A stretch of DNA of 64,000 bases from a virus (IMGVR_UViG_3300037418_003161:32001-96000); one strand, 5' to 3'; positions 32,750-44,164 are shown, counted from the first letter of the stretch. A program made the numbers and translations. The notes: generated from the letters alone by a model not told the origin.

Positions 32750-35700
32750 TTATGGGTAAATCACTGTTCCTCCCGAAATTTCATATAACAAAATATAATT
32801 CGCAGAATTACTAATTAGATTACCCGCAGCATCGACGATTCTATAAACTTGAAAGTTGTTTATGGGGTCAGCCGAATTAGTAATCACCACCCTTTCGGCT
32901 ACAGTGTACACACTATGCCGTGTACCCGTTACGCCTCCCAAGTCAACAAGTCGCCAACCCCCAAGTGCCACCGGGTCACAAACTTGTGACATCGGTTGGA
33001 TGGATGGTTCATAGGTGAAGTTCTTAGTTGTTTCAGTAGTAGTAGACTGTCCTAACCAGTGCCCACCTATGGAAGCCCAAGTAAGGGTATCTTGTCCCCT
33101 TCTTACTTTGGTTCTAAATGAATAATTGGATTCGTTTATTGAAGTGTTTATAGTATTTATATTGCTTTGTACTGCACTGTAGGTATCATTACAGGACAAG
33201 CCACTATAGGCTGTCATACCATTATTGGGTGCAACCATTACATAGGTCATTGTCTTTGTGCCATCATCAAACGATGGTGGACTTGAAATATGGGTTGAGT
33301 AACTCCTTGTAAAAGTGGCGGCATCCCCGCAACTGTCGGCCTGAATGACTCCCAAATCATAATAGACATAATGTTGTATACTTGTCTCATCGGTTGAATA
33401 GGTTACAAAAAATTGGGTTCTACCTGAAGCCGTTGCAAATTGATTTTTCATCACATTGTAATCCCCTATATCATCATAAACAATTGTAATAGTATTACCC
33501 GATTTGCTCACAGTGCTTCCTGATATTTGTTGTGTACAAAAGGCAGTCACAAATGAACTTACAGTATTTGTAGTAGTAGTCTTACCACTGAATAATTGAA
33601 GAGTCACCTGAGTATTGTTGGGTTCACCATTTAGCAATCCATTTGTTCCAAATGCAACGTAATTATCATATAAAAAGAAGTTATTGTTGGTTGTCGTTGC
33701 TGTGGTTGGATACAATCGATTGTATTTTAATTCATACGCACACGCAGATTGGTTATATGACATAGTATAACTTGAGGTATCTACCATTCGAACTGTAGCC
33801 CCGCTATAGATTGCTTCACACTGAGGACTAGTAAGACACTTTGTACTCAACGACCAATCGGTATTGGTATTTCCACTATTAGGGGTTATATCCATACGGA
33901 GGTAATCCCCGGAACTATAGGGTATGTCATTAAACCCTGTTATTCTTTTTATGGCTGCGGCTGAATAGGTTTGGGGTGAACCTGTCATGCTTGAGAATCC
34001 AATGTCTTGACCAACACGCCAGTACGCTAATTCAGTTGTAGTGCCGCTTGTTGGGCTTACGTAACTAATTTTTATAGTATCGCTTACCACATTACCCTGA
34101 AAATTCCACGCAAGATATCTGTGGTCTGCATCTATATCAAATCTAATACTTCTTGCCGCAAGGGTCGAACTGTTTGTGGCATTACTATAAACTATTGAGT
34201 TGGGATATTGGGCGGTTTGGTTGCCAGTTGAACAGTTTAGAGAAGTTACACTAAAAGAAGAAATACAGGTCATTAAATCAGGGCTGTAAGACGCACTATA
34301 ATCTACGGCTGCGGTATATTTGACTCCATTTAAATAAACAAACCGAATCACCGGATACCAAGTTCCTCCTTGTGCGGGTTCACTATTAAAAGGATGGGTC
34401 ACGGTCACGCTTACATCTGCCCCCGCTCTATTGCCAGATGTAAACTGAGGTGTGCCTGTTCGACTTCCCAAATACCAATCCACTACATAATCACCCACCG
34501 TACAACCCGACCTTGATGTAAGGGTGGAAGCGGCAATACTGGAAGTAAGGCCAGTAACACCCATGTTTAATCCACAGTCAACACACTCTGTGTAAATTGG
34601 CACAGGTGTTTCTGTTGGGGTTAGAGTATTGGTTGGCGTAATCGTTGGGGTAGCCGTATTAGTGGTAGTAACCGTTGGTGTCGGTGTCACACAACCATCA
34701 TAACTATAACAGGCCACATATGGGTCGGGGTCAACGAACACACAAAATGAATATACTACAGGTGATGGGGTAGGTGTTTGTGTAGCAGTATTCGTTGGAG
34801 TGATGGTTGAAGTAGCAGTCCTTGTAGGTGTGATAGATGCAGTAGGTGTAAATGTTGGTGTAGAGGTGTTAGTTGGTGTTATTGTATTTGTTGGAGTAAC
34901 CGTTGGTGTTGTTGTCCTTGTAGGTGTGTTTGTTTGTGTTGGTGTGTTCGATGGAGTTACCGTACTGGTTGGTGTTAATGTGTTGGTCGGTGTAACCGTT
35001 GGTGTTGTTGTCCTTGTAGGTGTGTTTGTGGCTGTTACTGTATTTGTTGGAGTAACCGTTGAAGTTGGTGTAACTGTTGACGTAGCAGTTCTTGTTGGTG
35101 TGTTTGAGGCCGTAACTGTATTTGTTGGTGTTACAGTATTTGTTGGTGTTACTGTTGACGTAGATGTTTGCGTTGGTGTAACAGTATTAGTTGGGGTTGC
35201 AGTCGATGTGGGTGTATTTGTTGGGGTTACGGAACTTGACGGAGTTACAGTTGATGTTGGAGTTAAAGTGGCAGTAGATGTAACGGTAGGGGTGTTTGAG
35301 GCTGTTACAGTATTAGTTGGTGTAACTGTAGAAGTTGGAGTTAGCGTTGATGTGGCCGTCTGAGTTGGGGTGTTTGAGGCCGTAACCGTATTCGTTGGGG
35401 TTACAGTATTTGTTGGTGTTGGTGTGTTTGTTGAAGTTTTTGTAGGTGTATTAGACGGTGTGGCCGTATTCGTTGGCGTTACGGTTGGTGTTGGCGTGTT
35501 TGTAGTAGTTGGTGTAGCTGTAGAAGTAGGTGTCAAAGTCGATGTAGCAGATTGAGTTGGTGTATTTGTGCTTGTAGCCGTATTTGTTGGTGTTACCGTA
35601 TTGGTGGATGTAACGGTTGGTGTGGGCGTATTTGTGCTTGTAGCCGTATTTGTTGGTGTTACCGTATTGGTTGGAGTATTGGTAGGTGTCTCAGTATTTG

Positions 35701-37582
35701 TTGCGGTCACAGATGGCGTTACTGAAGCCGTTACAGTTGGTGTTTTTGTAGTTGTTGGCGTTCGTGTAGGAGTAATAGTTGGCGTCTCACTGATGGTTGG
35801 TGTTATCGTACTTGTTGGGGTCGGTGTAGAGGTTAACGTATTCGTAGGTGTTACGGTATTTGTAGGAGTAACCGTATTAGTGGGTGTTAACGTATTCGTA
35901 GGTGTTACGGTATTTGTAGGAGTAACCGTTGATGTTGGTGTTGCAGTCGATGTAGATGTTTGTGTTGGGGTGACTGTACTGGTTGGAGTTGTTGTAGTGG
36001 TTGGCGTTACTGTACTTGTTGGTGTTACAGATGGAGTGACGGTCTCAGTAGGAGATGGAGTGACAGTCGAAGTTGGTGTTGCAGTCGATGTAGGTGTTTG
36101 CGTTGGTGTTTGCGTAGGGCTTTCTGTTGGTGATGGTGTTACTGTTGAGGTAGAAGTTGGGGTGTACGTAGGTGTGACCGTATTGGTGGGCGTAACCGTT
36201 GGTGTGGCAGTTGGTGTGGGGGTTGGCGTAGCACAAGGGCCTAAATTGTGAGCATCGTATTCCAGAGTGTCGTATACCAATAGTGAACCGCTTGCCACAC
36301 ACTCAAGCAGTTTTGGCGAACCATTATCCACAATAATATCCATCCATTCTTGTAACACACAATCATAATAGCGCACTTTGGCATTTGCACCATCCAACAC
36401 GGTAATCATCCACGCATTACAAGTGGAAGAAATGGTGGCTGTAGGTGTGACTCCTACTTGCGTTCCCGATAGAGAGGGGGAAACCGTAGGGGTAATACTG
36501 TTCGTGGGTGTGGCGGTTGGGGTTCGAGTCGTAAAGGGCGTATGTGATAAGGAGGGTGACAAACTCACACTTGGTGTAACTGTATGGGTTGGAGTTTGTG
36601 AAGGCGTTTTGGTTTGGGTTGGCGTATGGGTTGGTGTGGCTGTTGGGGTGGTTGTATTGGTGGGTGTAACAACGGGAGTACTACTAAGTGAAGGTGTTGT
36701 TGAAATGGTTGGTGTGATATAGATGTACTGTGACTGTGACGGTGTAAGAGTGATGGTTGGTGTGGGGGTTGGTGTGGGCTTAACCGCTGAGTCGATATAT
36801 GCGATTTGAGAAAAAAAAACACAGTTATCAGGACTGTCTCCTATTCGCATTCCCTTTGCTCCATCGTAGACATAATACGCATACGTGTTGGCGATTTTGT
36901 CAATTTCCAACAAATAGTACCTGTCCTCCATTTGGTTAAAATTGGTGGCTACATTTTCTTTTCCTTTATTGAGGAAGGGGACAACCCTACCATTTTCTGC
37001 ATTATAAAAGTTAGCCGTTACATAGAACGTTGTTCCGGTGTATTGAGGGTTGTTTTGAAACCAAAACAAAAAGAAATTTTCTGTTCCTTCCATTAGATTT
37101 CCATGAAAGGATGGGATATAAACCGATTCTCCAATATCATCATTGTAGACCTTATTCCCAAAAGGAACAGGATAGATTTTGGTGAATAGCAATTTTTGGG
37201 TTTCCGGGTTGGGTGAATCGTAATAATCTAACTTAAAGAAGGACTGAGCGTTCTCCTTGGTAATGGTAATGTTCTTGGTTTTCCCAAGTCCGGTAGGGGC
37301 ATAGTCGTTAACCCAATCCTGTTGGGTTTCATCAAAAAAGTAAAAACAAAGATAAAGGTCGTTTTTGGTGTAGCTGCGGAGGCCGTCTGAATAGGTATAG
37401 GGTTTGTGATTAAGACGAATGGTTTCGTAATCCCGTATGGGGTTTAGTATTTGCTTCAACGTCTCCCGGTCAATTCTTTGCAGCGCATCTTCTCTTCCCA
37501 AGGTGGGGGAGAACCCATGCTCGTTAAAAAATAACAGGTTTTGCGTTATATCTTTTTTTCTAAACCTTCTGTTAGCAGCCAT
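32750..37582 (-). CDS. Large structural protein with globular N-terminus, long T/P stalk and Cys-containing C-terminal region
   Basis: 1610 aa; N-terminal ~265 aa globular, very long TP tracts, YYDC module. Confidence 0.8.
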   Translation of the reverse strand: MAANRRFRKKDITQNLLFFNEHGFSPTLGREDALQRIDRETLKQILNPIRDYETIRLNHKPYTYSDGLRSYTKNDLYLCFYFFDETQQDWVNDYAPTGLGKTKNITITKENAQSFFKLDYYDSPNPETQKLLFTKIYPVPFGNKVYNDDIGESVYIPSFHGNLMEGTENFFLFWFQNNPQYTGTTFYVTANFYNAENGRVVPFLNKGKENVATNFNQMEDRYYLLEIDKIANTYAYYVYDGAKGMRIGDSPDNCVFFSQIAYIDSAVKPTPTPTPTITLTPSQSQYIYITPTISTTPSLSSTPVVTPTNTTTPTATPTHTPTQTKTPSQTPTHTVTPSVSLSPSLSHTPFTTRTPTATPTNSITPTVSPSLSGTQVGVTPTATISSTCNAWMITVLDGANAKVRYYDCVLQEWMDIIVDNGSPKLLECVASGSLLVYDTLEYDAHNLGPCATPTPTPTATPTVTPTNTVTPTYTPTSTSTVTPSPTESPTQTPTQTPTSTATPTSTVTPSPTETVTPSVTPTSTVTPTTTTTPTSTVTPTQTSTSTATPTSTVTPTNTVTPTNTLTPTNTVTPTNTVTPTNTLTSTPTPTSTITPTISETPTITPTRTPTTTKTPTVTASVTPSVTATNTETPTNTPTNTVTPTNTATSTNTPTPTVTSTNTVTPTNTATSTNTPTQSATSTLTPTSTATPTTTNTPTPTVTPTNTATPSNTPTKTSTNTPTPTNTVTPTNTVTASNTPTQTATSTLTPTSTVTPTNTVTASNTPTVTSTATLTPTSTVTPSSSVTPTNTPTSTATPTNTVTPTQTSTSTVTPTNTVTPTNTVTASNTPTRTATSTVTPTSTVTPTNTVTATNTPTRTTTPTVTPTNTLTPTSTVTPSNTPTQTNTPTRTTTPTVTPTNTITPTNTSTPTFTPTASITPTRTATSTITPTNTATQTPTPSPVVYSFCVFVDPDPYVACYSYDGCVTPTPTVTTTNTATPTITPTNTLTPTETPVPIYTECVDCGLNMGVTGLTSSIAASTLTSRSGCTVGDYVVDWYLGSRTGTPQFTSGNRAGADVSVTVTHPFNSEPAQGGTWYPVIRFVYLNGVKYTAAVDYSASYSPDLMTCISSFSVTSLNCSTGNQTAQYPNSIVYSNATNSSTLAARSIRFDIDADHRYLAWNFQGNVVSDTIKISYVSPTSGTTTELAYWRVGQDIGFSSMTGSPQTYSAAAIKRITGFNDIPYSSGDYLRMDITPNSGNTNTDWSLSTKCLTSPQCEAIYSGATVRMVDTSSYTMSYNQSACAYELKYNRLYPTTATTTNNNFFLYDNYVAFGTNGLLNGEPNNTQVTLQLFSGKTTTTNTVSSFVTAFCTQQISGSTVSKSGNTITIVYDDIGDYNVMKNQFATASGRTQFFVTYSTDETSIQHYVYYDLGVIQADSCGDAATFTRSYSTHISSPPSFDDGTKTMTYVMVAPNNGMTAYSGLSCNDTYSAVQSNINTINTSINESNYSFRTKVRRGQDTLTWASIGGHWLGQSTTTETTKNFTYEPSIQPMSQVCDPVALGGWRLVDLGGVTGTRHSVYTVAERVVITNSADPINNFQVYRIVDAAGNLISNSANYILLYEISGGTVIYP
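34600..36790 (-). repeat. Degenerate Thr/Pro coding repeat tracts
   Basis: TPTxT repeats with local near-exact duplications (about 35561-35610 vs 35627-35670; 35833-35878 vs 35887-35929). Confidence 0.85.
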
Positions 37583-39284
37583 TACGATACTTGTTGTTTG
37601 TAAACGGAGTAATCACTTTATCCTTTTTTGAAAAATGGTATTCACTCCGTATGTAAAACGGTATGTGAAATTTAATATAATGCACACCATTTATAAAGGG
37701 ATAATCCACACCAATTTTATTATCATCGATAAAACCATGGGTATAGAGTTCTCTCCATCGCCAAACCTTATCCTTTAGGAAATAAATAGCATTTTTAGGA
37801 AAATTGTCAATGTCACTGGTAGTACTTTCTTCGATATATGAAGAATATTCCTTTAGTTTGATTCTAAAATGTGGTTTATAGAAATATCCAAACATATTAT
37901 CACTTGAAGAATTGTGATAAACATCCTCATCATCCTGTTTGTGGTCGAAATACTCCTTAACAAAAGAAAACCGATGAGAAGCCTCTGAGATAATTCTTTC
38001 TTTTAGTTCATATTTGTTGTATTCAACGAATGCGCCGTCTAAGGTTGTTCCCGTTGTCAATTCGTTACCCGTATAAAACGTTTGTCCGTTGATGAATTTT
38101 TGGGTGTAGGTAAATCCGGTTTCCAAAGATGTTCCCCCGGAAAAATGGAGGTCAGCATAAGAATTATGAAAATTAAAGTCATACCCCACCTTGGGTTGGG
38201 TAAAATACCCCATGGCGTTACGGTTAACCGTGGTGATATATATTTCATTAACGGCAACGTTGTAGTTGTTTGTGTAATTGAGTCGTTCTACCACTTTTTT
38301 GTAATGTAACAATAAGGTCTCTCCACGCTCTTTTTCTTTTAAGACCTCCTTTTCTCCGTCCGGGTTTTCAAATTCCAGCTTGGCTTGGTCTTCGAAAATG
38401 GAATTTTCAAATCCACACTTGTCCACGATAAAATCACTCATGGGAGAAATGATTTTATGTTTGTGGATATAATATTTTGATGTGGATTCCGACAGATTAT
38501 TGGGGTCAATCACCCGCTTAAAGGTATGAATGCCGGGCGTGATGGATGAACCGCTAATTTGGGAAAGCTGTATATTAAATATCCGTTTTTCTGAACCGTA
38601 GGTCTCATCCCCAAGTGAATCAATTTTGAGCAGCTTACCTTTGATTAAAACATACTCATTTTCTTGAAGTCCGTGGTCAACTGGTGATTCGCACACACAG
38701 ATGCGTTGTCGGGTATTAAATAATACCTTGACCGGGATGCCGTCACTTGCCGTGAATTCCAAGACAGTATCATCATCACTGGTGTATTTGAGCTTCTTGT
38801 TTTCATCTTTGTCAAAGACATAGGACAAATAGGTGTTCCAGTTAAACGTATGGGCGTTGATGGGGAAGACTTCAATGTGTTTGTTACCCACCACCTCGAT
38901 TGTGGTGTTCCCACTTACTGGTTTGTCTCTTGTTACGTCATTTCGGATAAAAGCAAATTCATTGTAGGGTGGATACCCCCCATAGTTGCTGCTGTTGCTA
39001 ATGAATGGCGAGGAGGTTAACCACAGGGAATTTAAAAGTGGCTCATATTCGGTTGTTCCTGTGTAAGAATTGGAAAACATGGGAACAAGCTTCCCGTACA
39101 AGCGGTACTTTTCCGAAGCCTGTCGTTCTGTATTGAACAATTCGGCCAAATCTACCCGGATGTTTCTGTCAGCATCCACAAAATCCTTCCTGTCGGATTC
39201 AAAGAAAACCCGCTCGTTTTGGTCGGAACTGCTTGCACCAACATATTTTTTCTCCGGTACAATAATTTTGATTTCTTTATCCAT
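37572..39284 (-). CDS. Hypothetical structural-module protein
   Basis: Likely start ATG 39284 (MDKEIK), overlapping the upstream stop; 570 aa. Confidence 0.75.
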   Translation of the reverse strand: MDKEIKIIVPEKKYVGASSSDQNERVFFESDRKDFVDADRNIRVDLAELFNTERQASEKYRLYGKLVPMFSNSYTGTTEYEPLLNSLWLTSSPFISNSSNYGGYPPYNEFAFIRNDVTRDKPVSGNTTIEVVGNKHIEVFPINAHTFNWNTYLSYVFDKDENKKLKYTSDDDTVLEFTASDGIPVKVLFNTRQRICVCESPVDHGLQENEYVLIKGKLLKIDSLGDETYGSEKRIFNIQLSQISGSSITPGIHTFKRVIDPNNLSESTSKYYIHKHKIISPMSDFIVDKCGFENSIFEDQAKLEFENPDGEKEVLKEKERGETLLLHYKKVVERLNYTNNYNVAVNEIYITTVNRNAMGYFTQPKVGYDFNFHNSYADLHFSGGTSLETGFTYTQKFINGQTFYTGNELTTGTTLDGAFVEYNKYELKERIISEASHRFSFVKEYFDHKQDDEDVYHNSSSDNMFGYFYKPHFRIKLKEYSSYIEESTTSDIDNFPKNAIYFLKDKVWRWRELYTHGFIDDNKIGVDYPFINGVHYIKFHIPFYIRSEYHFSKKDKVITPFTNNKYRNGC

Positions 39285-42200
39285 TGTCTTTAAAAGCACC
39301 TTTATAACCAAAAGCCGTTATGAATCTATCAAAGGCCGTCTTGCCGGGTCTGATTCCAAAGTAATACAGGAAAGGAGTAGAAAGTACCTGTAGATTCCCT
39401 CTATAATTATTGGCAGTTGGAGAAATAAAGACATCGCTTTCGTTGCGGCTGTAATCATAGGGGCCTGCCCACGCATTATTCTTCATGATGTACATCTTCC
39501 CGGTTAGTGGGTTGTCTACCGTATTATTGGCATTGGCCGGGGTAACGTATAGAAATATCGTTCCTTCCGGGGCGTTCATGTTGTTGAACCTGTCGTTGGG
39601 ATTGGTGGAAACAAAGTCAAATCGCTCCATGGCATCCACACCATTGATACGGAAATCCAACAGTTCGTGTTCCTTGGTCATTGGGTAGAGAATGTATTCT
39701 TCCGTTCCGTCCGGGAACAGGTAGTTGGTTTGTCTTTGGTACAAGCCTTTGTCTTGCCAAGAGTAGTTGTCTCCTTCAAATATCTGCCCGGAAAGTGGGT
39801 TGTTGTATGAACCACTGGACAAAACCAAAATTCTTCTTCCGTACAACGGGGTGTATTTGACTAAATCATTAATGTTGGCGATGATGTAATCAAACTGAAA
39901 GTTAATGGAGTAGATGCGCTGAAGCTTTTCGGCTACAATCAAATCTTTTTTGAATTCTTGGTCATCAGAATTTTTGGCTGTACCAAAGCCTTCACCTTTT
40001 TTGTCCCACAAATAGAAAGGAACAACCTGAGAGGTTTCCCCCAAGAAATCCGGGTGGTTCAAACAGAGTCTTACCCTGCGTCCATTGTCGTCTAATTTAA
40101 AATCAATAGGGGTGGGGCCATAGTTTAACTTGGTTGTACCTGTGGTGGTCATGTCCTTGAAATAGGCTGACGTATTGGGGTCATCCGGGTCAAGTAATTC
40201 ACCTGAGTACATAAAATACTTGGGGCTGTCCAAATCAAATTCTTCCACTCCGGCTTCACAATTGATGGATTCCAGTTGGATGATGTCTCCATCAAAAATT
40301 TTAACGCCACCGATTTGTCTATCAAAGAAGTCTTTGAGTTTAAGTTTAGAGTTGGTAATGTCCATCCGATAGTTGATGGCAAATTCAATAATTTCTTCAA
40401 TATTTTGATAGGATGTTTGTCCAATGTCCCGGATGACAGAACAATTGGGGTCAACCCGTTTGTCTGTACAGATTTCTTCAATAAATTCATCCCTTGGCCC
40501 AAGGTCGGCAATGGTCGTTGGTCTGAGGATTTCTTTATATGACCGTCCGGCGTAGGTATTGTGTTGCCCAACAAAAGAATTGGTCTTTTTATCAAACGGT
40601 GTGGAACGGTAATAAAACGACCCGGTAGGCGCATCATAATAGACCAGTTCATTTGGGTACTTAAAACTTCTGCCATTGATGATGGCATCAATAAAGTTAC
40701 TCGCCCCTTTGCGGAACTTGAATTTAAAGGCATACAGCACCCCGGTTAGCCAGTTGTCTATAAAAGAGTGATTGACCACTCCCCCGCAAAAAGCGGTGGA
40801 AATCAGGTTGCGGTGATACCATTCTTTTAAAATGGAGATGTTGTTACTCTTGCCCCGGATGGTGGGTACAATAATAACCACCCCATTACGGATTTCCGTA
40901 TACCCGCTCTTGGTTTTCCGGGCATAGGTCTTTGTACCAATTTTAGAATAGTTAACCACATCGGGTAATCCAATGGCACTACTGGTTGCACCTACGGCAG
41001 CAATGATAGAATAATCGTTGACCGTGTAGGGTGCGGTGGCAATTACTCCTTGGCGATTGGTAGTGGCATCATAATCCCGTAGGGTGGAATTAAAGATTTT
41101 CTGGAATTGGGAGATGATGTCATTGGTGGCCACGTTCATTGAATAGGATAACACCACACCTACTCCTGTTGGTTGACCCAAGGTGTCCATCAGGTTGAAC
41201 ATCTCCACGTTGTTTTGTTGACCCAAGCCTACATTGAAATCATTCCATGTGGGGTCGTTGTAAGGGTCGATACCACCATAAAAGTTGATATTGATAACCC
41301 CACTTCCCACCCCCGGCGTATTTCTGGTGATGGTCATCCCGTTGATGTAGTTGTATGCTTGCGTTACCAACTGTTTGTCAAGGTTGATGGTTATCTTGTC
41401 CCCGATGGGTTGAATGGCAGTGAAAATGGCAGCGTTGGTGAGGTTGTTGGAGGTGGCGAGGGTAATGGATTGCCCCCCAATGGTGTAAACGGTGGCTTCG
41501 GTTGAGCCAGTGGCGGTTATTTTTTTACTACCCACCAATTTGATGTTATAATTTGCTGAAGGGTCAAGACCGCTAATTTCTATATAACGTTGGGTGTCAG
41601 AATAGGACACATACCGCATAACTTCGGGTGGGTAAATGCCCCCACCATATGCAGACCCTGTTGAAACCACACTGTTATTTTGTACCTCAAGGCTCACTTG
41701 GGGAGAACCATAATCCGAGTCTTTTGTTGCCCACCAGTACCCATAATTGGGATGCAGGAGGTCTTCGTTATAAAACTTATCATAACGGTCACATCCTTCT
41801 TCAATGGTGAATTCTGGAATCACAGGCATGTCATTGGTGAAGGAGCCTTGTAGGTCGTAGATTTCAAATTTAAATGTCTCTGCTGCAATTCCAATACCCT
41901 GTGTGTCTTCATACCTTGTTGAGAATTGGGGGTCAATTTCTGACCCTATTTCAACTGCGGTTTCAACATCGGGGAATTGGATATTCCACCTGTTATCATA
42001 AAAAGTAAAATAATTGCCGGGGTTGGATATTATTAGTACCGAAGAACTATCGACTGTCCCGGTCAGCGGCATTATTGCTATGGCATACCTGTTGGTCGGC
42101 CCTTCGTCCGGGATAAAATTCAAAAATTGATTTTCCAGACCCCCAAGTTGCTGATAGGATAAAGGAGCGGCACTTGGACAGGTGGTGGAGTCGGGTGTTA

Positions 42201-44109
42201 CCGTTCTAAAATTGCCACTTTCGAACCTAAGTTCCTTAATCCCCCCAAATCGCCAAACAACCAAAGAGGTGATGCCACTTGCAACCACACACCCATTTAG
42301 GTCATCGGCAGTAACATCTTGGTTAGTGGCTTCAATTTTATCCTGTCCACATTCTTCGCAAATGGGATAGACAGTAAGCGGTAATTCTACCTGTGAGGCT
42401 TCCTGCCATTTAGTGGCGGCATGTCGGAGTTGTTGGGAGAGTTTTTTAAGTGGCCAGAAATTAATGGCGTTTCCAATTGACCAAAGTGTGCCACCAACAA
42501 TTTCCACAATTTTAATGTGAACCATCTTCACGATAAACTTAAAGAACAACAATACGGTAGCTAAAATCAATTGAAAGTTGATGCGGTTGCGGTAGCCAAA
42601 ATTAACGGGTAGTTTGTTGGCTGAGGTATCGCAGTCTTGGTCGTCGTTTGGTAGGATTTCTTTTATACCAATAAAGGCATCACGGTGATGACCCTCAAAG
42701 TGCGTTCCATGAAAAGAAGACACACCATATACTTTGTTGTAGGTGAATTTGAAAAAATAATCTTCCGGGATGCCACTGTTGCCCTTTCCCAAAATTAAGT
42801 CCCGGATTTGGTCGTTTTGGTGCAACACCGTACCCTTTTCATTTTTGTAGCGGAAGTAGTCATCAAAATCGTCTGAAAACACATAAGAGAGTTGGGTGTC
42901 TTTGTCGGCCTCATTTAATTTACCATCGCTTCGGTTGTTAAATTCCCGGATATTGGGGACGAGGTAATACCCGACTTCCATTTTGGGATTATCAAAGTCA
43001 AAACCTATTCGAAAGCGATAGATGGCCGAAGTAGCTACCCCCCGGTTGGGGTCGTTGGTAAACTCTTCGTCTCCAAACTCGTTGGTGATAACATATTCCA
43101 TATTCATTGGAATGGTACACATCCACGTTCCGTTTTCATCAATCCTGTCCAATACGACCTTTTCCAGTTCCGGGTAATAGTTCCCATCGTGGTCTTTATA
43201 TTTTCGTCCGGTAAACCGTATGGCTTCCACATCTCCTTCATAGGTTTCCAGTTTACACTTAAAACCTTGTCTTTTTTTAGGTTTGCCGTTTTTGTTAACC
43301 GCTAATTTCCCGGCATCTGTTACCAGTGAACCTACAAACAGGGCTGAAGGTTGGAGGGAGATACCCAACTCCGAAAAATCAAAATCGGTTCTTGTAATTC
43401 CAATCTGGCAGAGGTCTTCGTTACCCCAAAACGGTACAACTTCAATGGATTTGTCAAACTTGATAATCTGTGGCAACGAATCCATATCAATTGCTGATTT
43501 GTATTTAAACCCGTTTTCAAATTGCCCCTTTTGTGCAACTCCTTGCTGCATAAGGTCATAGGGTCTTACGGAAAAACAACCAATATCGCTCAAATCCACA
43601 TCTACGTGGATGGTATGTGTACCGACAGGCACACCCCATATCATAAAATCTCCGGCAGCGTTGGTCTTTGCAGTATACTTGTAATATTTTTCATAAATCT
43701 CCAAAACCTCTTCCCGGTACAGTACGTCCTGTTTGTCGGGAAACGTACCAGTTGGAGCATGGCCGGAGTGGGATTTTCGATAGGGAAGTAAGTTGTAGCG
43801 ATAACCGTCTTCGTTTCTATCCACCGTACTTTTATAAGGATATAAAGTGGAAATAATTGGGTCATCGACATCCTCATCGGCAAGCGGCACAAAGATGGAT
43901 ACCCTTGCATTGGGAATCCCAAAACCGTGATTACTGCTCACACGTCCAACAACCACACCGTAGTCGGCACACATTCTTGTGTATACTTCAGCCTGAGAAA
44001 ATTTAAGAGAAAGAATTTCGAGCAAGTCAACGTCCTGCTCCAATTTTACAGTAATATTGTTGCTCTCACCTCCAACGGTTGTTCTGATACGATAGCTTCT
44101 TGAAGACAT
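39277..44109 (-). CDS. Large structural-module protein (1610 aa) with inserted beta-sandwich-like domain
   Basis: N-terminal 'GVVVGRV...GIPNARVSIFVP...TNAAGDFMIWGVPVGTHTI' transthyretin-like/carboxypeptidase-regulatory-like pattern; TATTTAT upstream. Confidence 0.7.
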   Translation of the reverse strand: MSSRSYRIRTTVGGESNNITVKLEQDVDLLEILSLKFSQAEVYTRMCADYGVVVGRVSSNHGFGIPNARVSIFVPLADEDVDDPIISTLYPYKSTVDRNEDGYRYNLLPYRKSHSGHAPTGTFPDKQDVLYREEVLEIYEKYYKYTAKTNAAGDFMIWGVPVGTHTIHVDVDLSDIGCFSVRPYDLMQQGVAQKGQFENGFKYKSAIDMDSLPQIIKFDKSIEVVPFWGNEDLCQIGITRTDFDFSELGISLQPSALFVGSLVTDAGKLAVNKNGKPKKRQGFKCKLETYEGDVEAIRFTGRKYKDHDGNYYPELEKVVLDRIDENGTWMCTIPMNMEYVITNEFGDEEFTNDPNRGVATSAIYRFRIGFDFDNPKMEVGYYLVPNIREFNNRSDGKLNEADKDTQLSYVFSDDFDDYFRYKNEKGTVLHQNDQIRDLILGKGNSGIPEDYFFKFTYNKVYGVSSFHGTHFEGHHRDAFIGIKEILPNDDQDCDTSANKLPVNFGYRNRINFQLILATVLLFFKFIVKMVHIKIVEIVGGTLWSIGNAINFWPLKKLSQQLRHAATKWQEASQVELPLTVYPICEECGQDKIEATNQDVTADDLNGCVVASGITSLVVWRFGGIKELRFESGNFRTVTPDSTTCPSAAPLSYQQLGGLENQFLNFIPDEGPTNRYAIAIMPLTGTVDSSSVLIISNPGNYFTFYDNRWNIQFPDVETAVEIGSEIDPQFSTRYEDTQGIGIAAETFKFEIYDLQGSFTNDMPVIPEFTIEEGCDRYDKFYNEDLLHPNYGYWWATKDSDYGSPQVSLEVQNNSVVSTGSAYGGGIYPPEVMRYVSYSDTQRYIEISGLDPSANYNIKLVGSKKITATGSTEATVYTIGGQSITLATSNNLTNAAIFTAIQPIGDKITINLDKQLVTQAYNYINGMTITRNTPGVGSGVININFYGGIDPYNDPTWNDFNVGLGQQNNVEMFNLMDTLGQPTGVGVVLSYSMNVATNDIISQFQKIFNSTLRDYDATTNRQGVIATAPYTVNDYSIIAAVGATSSAIGLPDVVNYSKIGTKTYARKTKSGYTEIRNGVVIIVPTIRGKSNNISILKEWYHRNLISTAFCGGVVNHSFIDNWLTGVLYAFKFKFRKGASNFIDAIINGRSFKYPNELVYYDAPTGSFYYRSTPFDKKTNSFVGQHNTYAGRSYKEILRPTTIADLGPRDEFIEEICTDKRVDPNCSVIRDIGQTSYQNIEEIIEFAINYRMDITNSKLKLKDFFDRQIGGVKIFDGDIIQLESINCEAGVEEFDLDSPKYFMYSGELLDPDDPNTSAYFKDMTTTGTTKLNYGPTPIDFKLDDNGRRVRLCLNHPDFLGETSQVVPFYLWDKKGEGFGTAKNSDDQEFKKDLIVAEKLQRIYSINFQFDYIIANINDLVKYTPLYGRRILVLSSGSYNNPLSGQIFEGDNYSWQDKGLYQRQTNYLFPDGTEEYILYPMTKEHELLDFRINGVDAMERFDFVSTNPNDRFNNMNAPEGTIFLYVTPANANNTVDNPLTGKMYIMKNNAWAGPYDYSRNESDVFISPTANNYRGNLQVLSTPFLYYFGIRPGKTAFDRFITAFGYKGAFKDNG

Positions 44110-44164
44110 ATTGATAAATACTTATCCTCCCAAAACGTAAATGAAAACCGGGGAAGAGTAAAGC

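Noticed and set aside
20387-37582. Repetitive DNA as a possible CRISPR array or DGR template/variable repeat pair
   Set aside because: The repeats are degenerate in-frame coding tracts without constant repeat-spacer periodicity; no adenine-specific mismatch pair was noticed, and no reverse transcriptase or cas gene is in the window
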